Sequence record: NZ_CP063322.1
Source: a plasmid
Length of the DNA stretch: 27,424 nucleotides
Reading direction: 5' to 3' (one strand)
In this document: positions 17,086 to 23,817 of the stretch, one piece after another
Layout of the letters: the number at the start of each line of letters is the position of its first letter
Numbering within the stretch: position 1 is the stretch's first letter
The notes under the pieces: generated by a model
What the model was told of the DNA's origin: nothing
Databases searched by the model: none
What the model saw: only the letters and a program-made list of their open reading frames with translations
Program-made: the position numbers and the translations under genes

Positions 17086-17757
17086 ATGGGCGGCAATGGA
17101 CCTGTGACTGGAAAGGGGTCTGCGGTGTTGATGAATCGGGCCGAGACAGCTCTGATCAACTCGCTGCCGCGGCGGTGGCTGCAACGGTTCTACGAGGTGC
17201 CGGTACTGCTGCGCTTAGGCGGTCGGCTCCTGCCGGGCAGTCGAGCCCTCGAAATTGGCTGTGGGTCGGGCTACGGCTCGCAGCTGGTGTTGCAGCGCTT
17301 CGGCGCCACACGGATCGACGCGATCGACCTGGACCCGGCGATGATCCACCGGGCCGGCGCCCGCCTCGCCCACTACGGTGACCGAGTCACCCTGGTCCAG
17401 GGCAGCGCCACTGACCTTAGAGCCGCGCTGAACGCCGACGACGATAGCTACGACGCGGTGTTCGACTTCGGGATCATTCACCACATCCCGGACTGGCGCA
17501 TCGCGGTGGCCGAAGCCGCCAGGGTGCTCACCCCCGGTGGACGGTTCTACTTCGAAGAAGTCACCGCACACGCCCTCAACCGCTTCACCTACCGACGGCT
17601 GTTCGACCACCCCACCGACGACCGGTTCACCGCCGAACAGTTCCTCTACGAACTGGGCCGGCACGGCCTGGTCATTCTCGGATCGATCACCCGCGTCCAG
17701 GACGACTACCTGCTCGGCGTCGCCGCCAAGCCTCTCGTTGCGGGCGGTGGGCAATGA
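17086..17757 (+). CDS. Class I SAM-dependent methyltransferase
   Basis: Motif I LEIGCGSGYG. Acidic residue after beta2 (IDAIDLD). Motif post-I/II VFDFGIIHHIP. Start uncertain: ATG 17086, or GTG 17125 / ATG 17131 with an AAAGGGG RBS. Divergent from araC. Confidence 0.75.
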   Translation: MGGNGPVTGKGSAVLMNRAETALINSLPRRWLQRFYEVPVLLRLGGRLLPGSRALEIGCGSGYGSQLVLQRFGATRIDAIDLDPAMIHRAGARLAHYGDRVTLVQGSATDLRAALNADDDSYDAVFDFGIIHHIPDWRIAVAEAARVLTPGGRFYFEEVTAHALNRFTYRRLFDHPTDDRFTAEQFLYELGRHGLVILGSITRVQDDYLLGVAAKPLVAGGGQ

Positions 17758-18401
17758 TGGCCGCCGCCGCGCTGGCCCTATTTGTGGTCATGATGCTGCT
17801 CGCCGGAGCGCTACGCACCCTCATCCAGCGTCACCGCACCGGCGACAGTGGCAACCGGCGCACGCTGTCACCGCGCGGCTCCCTGGGCTGGTCGGCACTG
17901 ACCGCCACCGACATCGGCTACCTCATGGTGGGCGTCGGGGGCCCGCTGGCGCACTGGCTGGGACTAACGCCGGTCAGGGTGCTGCAGCACCCTCCCGTTC
18001 AGGTGCTCGGCGTGGTCCTGGCGGCGGCGGGCATCCTGGGCGCCTTCGGTGCGCAGATGGCGTTGGGCGCATCCTGGCGCATCGGGGTCGACGAGAACGA
18101 ACGCACCGCACTGGTGACAACCGGCCCGTTCCGCTGGGTGCGCAACCCCATCTTCACCGCGATCCTCGTCGCGTTACTCGGGCTGACCCTCATGGTCCCC
18201 AACCTCGTCGCACTCATCGGCTGGGGCCTCGCCCTAACCGGCATCCAGACGCAAGTCCGGCTGATCGAAGAGCCCCACCTGCACCGAATCCACGGCGAAC
18301 CCTACGACCGCTACACCGCCACAGTCGGCCGGTTCCTGCCCGGAGTGGGACGCCTGCGCACCCACCGACGTGCCTCCACACCGGGGAGGGGCGAGATTTG
18401 A
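17754..18401 (+). CDS. ICMT/PEMT-family integral membrane methyltransferase (isoprenylcysteine carboxyl / phospholipid methyltransferase-like)
   Basis: Family signature GPFRWVRNPIFTAILVALLGL...EEPHLHRIHGEPYDRY. Four to five TM helices. ATGA overlap with the upstream methyltransferase stop (translational coupling). Confidence 0.75.
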   Translation: MMAAAALALFVVMMLLAGALRTLIQRHRTGDSGNRRTLSPRGSLGWSALTATDIGYLMVGVGGPLAHWLGLTPVRVLQHPPVQVLGVVLAAAGILGAFGAQMALGASWRIGVDENERTALVTTGPFRWVRNPIFTAILVALLGLTLMVPNLVALIGWGLALTGIQTQVRLIEEPHLHRIHGEPYDRYTATVGRFLPGVGRLRTHRRASTPGRGEI

Positions 18402-18558
18402 ACACTCCCTGTTCTTTAAAGAAATGAGACCCGTGACGTCGTTGGCATCCATCCCCGAAGGGTCGCCGCCGAGGCGGACCCGCGCCATCCATTGCAATGT
18501 TGGATGACGGTGTTACGATGAGCGTCATACGCACACACGTCACATGAAGGGAGGCGGT

Positions 18559-19317
18559 ATGGCCGTCTTGAATATCCGAGTAGACGACCAGGTCCGCGAT
18601 CAGCTCAAGGACATGGCTGACGAAGAGGGGATCACCGTCAGTGAGTACGTCCGCAACCTGGTCATGGCGGCAATCGTCCCCGGGTACGAGCCAGAAGAAG
18701 ACGAAGACCAAGGCGACCTACCGGCACCGACGACCATGCGCATCGCCGACCGACAGGTGCTCTCGCTACTCCACCGGATCCTCGCGCACGTGGTGCCCGA
18801 AGACGACAGCGAGATCGACCCGCGTTCCCAACTAAAGAGTGCACGGGTCATTGAGTCGGGCTTCACCACGGAGTATTGGCGGGAGGTCGCCGGCTTCCGC
18901 ACCGAGCTGTCCAAGCGAGACTGCGAGCGCGTACTGGACATCCTCGACATGTTCCGCATGATCACGTTCAGCATCAAGGAGCTGGAAAAAGAGGGGACTC
19001 CCGTCAGCGAGGAGCTGAGTCACGAGCTGGAGTTCGAGGGCTTCGACGGCAACCACCGGCTTGAAAGCCGCATGGCCAGCTACGTCGAGTTCCTGATGGG
19101 CGACGGCAAGTGGCCCGAACTACGGCCGCAACTCGACCGCAACGATGGCGGAAATTCGCACTCCCCGGTGCTAGACGAGTACACGCGGATGCTCGCCGAG
19201 CACCGCCGCATCAAGGCCAACCGCGACCGCGGGTACCACCGAAAGGCCTACCTGCTGTCCCTGGAAGAGCTGGAGCAGATCGCGGCAGCTCGGGTCCACC
19301 CGTCACGCCGCGGCTAG
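18559..19317 (+). CDS. Fusion protein: N-terminal ribbon-helix-helix (CopG/Arc-like) DNA-binding domain plus C-terminal YfbU-family (UPF0304) domain
   Basis: RHH: [39 protein letters not shown]. The C-terminal 165 aa align by eye block-for-block with E. coli YfbU: [37 protein letters not shown] against [58 protein letters not shown] against [29 protein letters not shown]...[11 protein letters not shown] against YQRMLNVW...YHLSANEINQI. GGGAGG RBS. ATG 18544 is the alternative start. Confidence 0.7.
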   Translation: [252 protein letters not shown]

Positions 19318-19414
19318 CTCGGGGGCCGTTCCCCGGCCGCGCAGAAGTCGGCCTAACGACCGAAAAAGCTACAGAATGGGTGCAGTGTCGGCGACCAGCG
19401 CCGATGCATCGGGT

Positions 19415-19475
19415 GCGGTGTCCCAGAATCCTGTCCCAGACCGACGAGAACGGGGACACCCTTAAAGACACAGAT
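19415..19475. other. res-like site upstream of the second serine recombinase: direct repeats TGTCCCAGA x2 and inverted GTGTCCC ... GGGACAC
   Basis: Seen directly: GTGTCCCAGAATCCTGTCCCAGACCGACGAGAACGGGGACACCC. About 75-130 nt upstream of the recombinase start. A spurious Arg-rich ORF (19110..19514) overlaps it. Confidence 0.4.
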
Positions 19476-19550
19476 GGCTCCCGCCCGGACCGCAAGCGGC
19501 CCGGTTGGGCCTGAGAACTCGTACCCGACTTGATCCTGAGAGGACCACCG

Positions 19551-20111
19551 GTGGCGCTGCTCGGATACGCGCGAGTCTCGACGTTGCACCAGTCCCCCGA
19601 CATGCAGACAAAAGCGCTGACGGAGGCGGGAGCCGAACGGATCTGGACCGAGCGCATGTCCGGCGCTCGCGACGATCGCCCCGAGCTGGCTGCCCTGCTC
19701 GACTACGCCCGCCGCGGTGACGTGCTCATGGTCTGGCGGCTGGACCGTCTCGGCCGCTCACTTCCGCACCTGCTCACCATCGCCAGCGACCTCCAGGACC
19801 GCGGCGTCGAACTGCGCTCCCTCACCGAAGCCATCGACACCACCACTGCCGGCGGCCGGCTGATCTTCCACGTCTTCGGCGCCGTCGCCGAATTCGAACG
19901 AGCCATCGCCACCGAACGCACCGCCGCCGGAGTCGCGGCAGCCCGCGCCGCCGGCCGCCACCCCGGCCGTCCGAGTCTCACCGCCGACACCATCGCCGCC
20001 GTCCAAACCCTCGACGAGGCCGGCACCCCCCGCGCCCAAATCGCGCGCACCCTCGACATATCCCGATCCAGCGTCTACCGCTGCCTCGACCAACCGCGGT
20101 CGCCGGCCTGA
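19551..20111 (+). CDS. Serine recombinase (resolvase/invertase family), second copy, distinct from 9134..9757
   Basis: VALLGYARVSTLHQSPDMQ...MSGARDDRPEL...RGDVLMVWRLDRLGRS catalytic domain. C-terminal HTH IARTLDISRSSVYRCL. GTG start with a GAGAGGA RBS. TTG at 19530 is the alternative. Confidence 0.85.
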   Translation: MALLGYARVSTLHQSPDMQTKALTEAGAERIWTERMSGARDDRPELAALLDYARRGDVLMVWRLDRLGRSLPHLLTIASDLQDRGVELRSLTEAIDTTTAGGRLIFHVFGAVAEFERAIATERTAAGVAAARAAGRHPGRPSLTADTIAAVQTLDEAGTPRAQIARTLDISRSSVYRCLDQPRSPA

Positions 20112-20135
20112 GGAAGGGCGACCTATCCTTCGAAG

Positions 20136-20414
20136 GTGACGGAAGAGAACGCCGATAACGGGTTGGTGCGGGGCGGCCCCTGCTCCCCCACGCCGGTACG
20201 TCACCGGTCCGACCTCGGTGTCCCGGATGGCTGCGATGAGCCCCCCGAGGACGACTGGCCCATTGACGATCTCGACGACTGGCCTTTCGCTGACCCAGCC
20301 GTTGACGTTGCGCGTCTCCGCGAATCACTACGAGAATCAGAAGCCGACATCGCCGCCGGCCGCACGTTCGGCGAAGACGAGATCCGCACCCGCTACGGCC
20401 TTCCGCGAAAATGA
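20136..20414 (+). CDS. Small acidic protein with RelB/YefM-type antitoxin C-terminal motif (possible orphan or degenerate antitoxin)
   Basis: The C-terminus LRESLRESEADIAAGRTFGEDEIRTRYGLP parallels the C-terminal toxin-binding segment of mycobacterial RelB (…LADVAAGRFVSNDEIRNRYTAR). The N-terminal half is acidic and Pro-rich, without the YefM beta-alpha fold. The stop overlaps a tiny downstream ORF (ATGA). Confidence 0.3.
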   Translation: MTEENADNGLVRGGPCSPTPVRHRSDLGVPDGCDEPPEDDWPIDDLDDWPFADPAVDVARLRESLRESEADIAAGRTFGEDEIRTRYGLPRK

Positions 20415-20571
20415 GGTCAAAGTGATTCGTACGGAAGCCGAGCCCGACCCGGATGACCTCGATGCCGGCTACTCCCAGCTGGCGGAGGAGTTCAACTGCG
20501 AGACCACCAATGGTGAACGTCGGGCTGCGCGGGACCGCTACACCGGTCGGCGCGAACGAGCGTAGAAAGCA

Positions 20572-20612
20572 AAGAACCCGGGTCGACCGCCAGGATCGAA
20601 TACCGGGTTCTT
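20572..20612. terminator. Hairpin AAGAACCCGG-(21)-CCGGGTTCTT followed by a T-rich CTTCTAGGCTTT
   Basis: Perfect 10-bp stem seen directly between the RelB-like ORF region and the Abi_2 gene. The large loop makes terminator function uncertain. Confidence 0.3.
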
Positions 20613-20696
20613 CTAGGCTTTAACCGGGCGCGCATCAAGCGTGACACCGGTCTGTGTAGAGCCAATATTACGTGACGCTCTGTTAGAACTCAACGT

Positions 20697-21356
20697 ATGA
20701 CCACACCGCCTGGCCATGGCCCCTGGGTGGAACAGTGGCTCAGCCCCGATCGATTCCAGACGTACCTGCAGCTCGCCGGATACAACCGCGCTCGCGCTCT
20801 TGACCTGCACGAATGGAACACCCGGCTCAATGCGGCGCTGCTGCACGACTTCGCACACCTCGAAGTCGGACTCCGCAACTTCTACGACCGGGCGCTCATG
20901 GCCGCAGTCCAACCGGGTGACTCCCACTGGACCGATCAGGCCTCTTTCACGGCGCTATTCCCCGCGGTGGGGGGCGGTGACGCCCGTACACACGGGGAAC
21001 TGAGCACTGCGCGCAGGAACGCCGGCGGACCCACCGCGCCGCCGGGCAAGCTGCTCGCCGAACTGACATTCGGGTTCTGGGTTTTTATGACCAGCACGCG
21101 ACACACGAACCTGATCTGGACCCCACATCTCGATGCCCTCTACCCCGCCGGTTCCCAGCGCGGCCAGATTCACCACGGCCTCGACGAACTCCGCAGGGCC
21201 CGCAACCGCGTCGCCCACCACGAACCGGTCCGCGTCGCCGAGGTCAATAAGCTGACCAGGCGGATCAACCGCTATGCCGGCTACGTGTCACCACAGCTTG
21301 CGCAGTACATCCGCCACACCAGCACCGTGAACGGCCTGCTGGGCTCGCGACCATGA
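20697..21356 (+). CDS. Abi_2-family (AbiD/AbiF-like) abortive infection protein
   Basis: Abi_2 conserved blocks: ...HEWNTRLNAALLHDFAHLEVGLRNFYDRAL... and C-terminal LDELRRARNRVAHHEPV (the LRN..aHHe motif). The upstream leader is AT-richer. Confidence 0.65.
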   Translation: MTTPPGHGPWVEQWLSPDRFQTYLQLAGYNRARALDLHEWNTRLNAALLHDFAHLEVGLRNFYDRALMAAVQPGDSHWTDQASFTALFPAVGGGDARTHGELSTARRNAGGPTAPPGKLLAELTFGFWVFMTSTRHTNLIWTPHLDALYPAGSQRGQIHHGLDELRRARNRVAHHEPVRVAEVNKLTRRINRYAGYVSPQLAQYIRHTSTVNGLLGSRP

Positions 21357-21374
21357 CCCCTCCGCTGCAGCACC

Positions 21375-21440
21375 GTAGACGTCTACATGTTTGCATGTTT
21401 TCTTACATGTAAGTTTGCATGTAGACATGTTTGCATGCAG
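21375..21440. repeat. Iteron cluster upstream of parA: GTAGAC/GTCTAC palindrome plus 3 direct repeats of (A)CATGT(AAG)TTTGCATG
   Basis: Seen directly: ...gtagacgtcTACATGTTTGCATGttttctTACATGTaagTTTGCATGtaGACATGTTTGCATGcag. Position and structure fit a centromere/operator for the downstream ParA and small RHH pair. Confidence 0.5.
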
Positions 21441-21458
21441 GTTGATAGGCTTTCCGTC

Positions 21459-22265
21459 ATGACTGTTTCGGCAGATAAGCAGTGTGAAATCGTGGCGATC
21501 GCTCTGCAAAAAGGCGGCGTCGGCAAGACCACCACCACGATCAACCTCGGCGCGAACCTGGCTGCGATGGGTCTGCGCATCCTCGTGATCGACATGGATC
21601 AGCAGGCGCACAGCACCAAGGGGTTAGGCATCGAGCTCGACGCCGAGGACGCATCCATGTACGAGGTTCTGCACCCGGACCGGGCGATGCGCGTCCCGCT
21701 GGCCAAGGTCATCGTTCCGACGCAGTTCGGTATCGACGTCGCGCCCGGTCATCTCGCGCTCAAGGAGCTCGAGCGGACAGGGCTCGGATCGGGTGGCCAG
21801 TTGCGGCTCGCACGCCAGCTCGACGACATCGAAGGCTACGACTTCGTGCTCCTGGATTGCCCGCCGGCATTGGGGGAGCTGACCACCGCAGCGCTCGCGG
21901 CCGCCGATTACGTCTTGGCCGTCCTCAAGGCCGGCCCCGACGAAGTTGACGGCCTGGTCGAACTGGGCAACTCGATCCTCGACGTTCAGGAGACCCTCAA
22001 CCCCGACGTGGAAATCCGGTACGTGCTGCTGGCCGACTTCGACGGCAACCCGAAGGCGAGCAAGGACGTACGTCGTCAACTGCGTGCCGATTGGGGGGAG
22101 TGGGCTGACGGCGGGGCCTACCTGGGCGAGATCCCGCACACGGTGCGAGTCGTGGAGGCCAAAGGCAAACGCGTACCGGTCAACGTGCACGCACCGACCA
22201 GCACGGCGGCGGTGGCCTACCGCGAGGTCGCCGAACGTATCGCGGCAAGGCGGCAAGCAGCATGA
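21459..22265 (+). CDS. parA: ParA/Soj-family partition ATPase (small type Ib ParA, no N-terminal HTH)
   Basis: Deviant Walker A IALQKGGVGKTTTTINL. Walker A' / ParA blocks VLVIDMDQQA and FVLLDCPPAL. The ORF is open from 21387 through the iterons, but ATG 21459 fits the N-terminus. Confidence 0.85.
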   Translation: MTVSADKQCEIVAIALQKGGVGKTTTTINLGANLAAMGLRILVIDMDQQAHSTKGLGIELDAEDASMYEVLHPDRAMRVPLAKVIVPTQFGIDVAPGHLALKELERTGLGSGGQLRLARQLDDIEGYDFVLLDCPPALGELTTAALAAADYVLAVLKAGPDEVDGLVELGNSILDVQETLNPDVEIRYVLLADFDGNPKASKDVRRQLRADWGEWADGGAYLGEIPHTVRVVEAKGKRVPVNVHAPTSTAAVAYREVAERIAARRQAA

Positions 22266-22669
22266 ACGCCGCATCGAAACCCACCGGATTGCAGGTCGGC
22301 TCCACCCGGCCGCTGTCGCGGGCAGAGCGACGCGCCCAAGCTGCACGAGTCACCGCCGACGACACCACCACCGGCGACGAAACGCCGACCGAATCGCAGC
22401 CGCGGAATGCCGAGATTCCGGCCGCACCCGTGGTGGTGTCGCCCTCACCCGGCGGTGAGGAGAAGGCCCAGCCGGCCGGGCCAGTTCAGCTGAAAACCCG
22501 TCAACGCAAGAGTCCCTTCGCCACACAGCTGCACGCGGGAACCCTCGCGCGGCTCGAATGGATCAAGGCCCACGGATACGTCATCACCGACACCGTCGAC
22601 GAGGCCATCAACCGCTACCTAGACGACGCCGGCATTCCAAAGCCGGACCGCAACGACCGCATGCCGTGA
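22262..22669 (+). CDS. ParG-like small ribbon-helix-helix centromere-binding protein with disordered N-terminal tail
   Basis: ATGA overlap with the parA stop. C-terminus KTRQRKSPFATQLHAGTLARLEWIKAHGYVITDTVDEAINRYL has an RHH beta-alpha-alpha pattern. It is a paralogue of 25930..26157. The N-terminal 80 aa are Pro/Ala-rich. Confidence 0.5.
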   Translation: MNAASKPTGLQVGSTRPLSRAERRAQAARVTADDTTTGDETPTESQPRNAEIPAAPVVVSPSPGGEEKAQPAGPVQLKTRQRKSPFATQLHAGTLARLEWIKAHGYVITDTVDEAINRYLDDAGIPKPDRNDRMP

Positions 22670-22999
22670 GCGCGTGGGCAGCGTAAGCCCCCTTCATCGC
22701 CCGTGAATCGTGGCAAACGCGGGTAGCTCTCACCGCCAACCATCGCGGGTGGCGCGCGCCGCACCACCTCTTCACGGCTGGGCGCAAGGTTGTCTTGATT
22801 CTCCCGTCGCCGCGCCCGCTCATTCGCTGTGGGTTTCGTCAAGTGATATGGCCCCATCGCGGTCACCGGTTATGGCCCCACCCAAGATTTTGATCGTGTT
22901 GTGGCAACGCTGGGCTTGGTCGCTTGGGGTGGCGTTGCTTTAGTTTCAGAGATTCGGAGGATCGATCCGTCCCGATAGGTCCAATGAGTGGCCGGTAGG

Positions 23000-23305
23000 C
23001 TACACCTCAGTGTCCGCATCGGCGGCGGGGTGGTCCTGCGGTGAGTTGTTCTCGGGTCCAACAGTTTTGGCTGTAGTGCGCCGGGTGGTGCCGAGGCGGC
23101 GCAGGGTGTATCCAACGGCGGCGAGCACCACGACGACCGCGGCCCCGATCAGCCATCCGCGGTGCAGCAGCGCGCCGAGGACCCCGAGCGCTCCGCCGGC
23201 AATCAGCACCGGCCCGGCGCAGCACACGACGAGTACCGTCCCGACGCTCACCAGGCCCAGGGCCCAGGCGCCGGCCATGCCCAGAGAGGATCGTCGGGTC
23301 CCCAT
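23000..23305 (-). CDS. MerT-like two-TM mercury transport protein (vicinal Cys pair in TM1)
   Basis: LVVCCAGPVLIAGG in the first TM parallels MerT ASACCLGPLVLIALG. There is a second TM and a charged tail. The start overlaps the upstream regulator stop (TGATG). Confidence 0.5.
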   Translation of the reverse strand: MGTRRSSLGMAGAWALGLVSVGTVLVVCCAGPVLIAGGALGVLGALLHRGWLIGAAVVVVLAAVGYTLRRLGTTRRTTAKTVGPENNSPQDHPAADADTEV

Positions 23306-23628
23306 CAGACCGGCGCCTGCTGGCTGCGAGTGGGGGCGATGCGCACGCACTCGGCGAGCGCGGCCGCATTGTCGGCGGCCAGTGAGCGGGCCAGCATGAT
23401 CAGATCGGCCACCCGAGGGTCGGCCACCTTGTAGTGGGCGAACCGCCCGGAACGACGGACCTGGACATAGCCGCAGTCTGAGAGGCACGCCAGGTGACTC
23501 GATACCCGCCCTTGGGCCAGCCCGACGTGGTTCACGCATTCGGTCACGGTGTGTTCGGAGGTCAACAGGAACTCCAGCAGCCGCAGCCGACCGGGGTCCC
23601 CGAGCGCGCGGAAGAACTTGGCGACCAT
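23305..23628 (-). CDS. ArsR-family regulator in the mer position (actinobacterial-type MerR)
   Basis: HTVTECVNHVGLAQGRVSSHLACLSDCGYVQVRRSGRFAHYKV: ArsR HTH with a CmtR-like Cys pair. Divergent from merA, and co-directional and coupled with the merT-like gene, as in the Streptomyces-type mer architecture (established knowledge). The start may be a few codons upstream (GTG). Confidence 0.75.
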   Translation of the reverse strand: MVAKFFRALGDPGRLRLLEFLLTSEHTVTECVNHVGLAQGRVSSHLACLSDCGYVQVRRSGRFAHYKVADPRVADLIMLARSLAADNAAALAECVRIAPTRSQQAPV

Positions 23629-23817
23629 CTCCACACCGCTGTCGGTTTCGGGCAGGAACGCCAGGCTCGGATCGGTTCGGCAGGTCACGCGGTCTCCTCG
23701 ACAACTCAACTTGATATATCCGGATTGACGGATATGGTGAAGTATAGCCATATCTGGTTATCCGAATGTAATTCAGCGGGTGCCCCTACGCGGGGCATCA
23801 CCGGAAGCGAGGCGCCC
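23629..23817. promoter_or_regulatory. Divergent mer promoter/operator region with dyads ATATCC-(8)-GGATAT and related TTATCCGAAT
   Basis: Seen directly: cttGATATATCCGGATTGACGGATATggtg. Lower-GC DNA sits between the divergent merR-like and merA genes. Confidence 0.4.

Noticed and set aside
19110-19514. 134-aa Arg-rich ORF upstream of the second resolvase
   Set aside because: It overlaps the res-like repeat region. The composition (RP/RA-rich) and lack of RBS argue against coding.
20411-20565. 47-51-aa micro-ORF overlapping the RelB-like ORF stop (ATGA) as a possible toxin partner
   Set aside because: Too short for RelE/ParE and no recognisable toxin motif. Possibly a decayed remnant. Mentioned within the Abi_2 locus finding rather than called as a gene.
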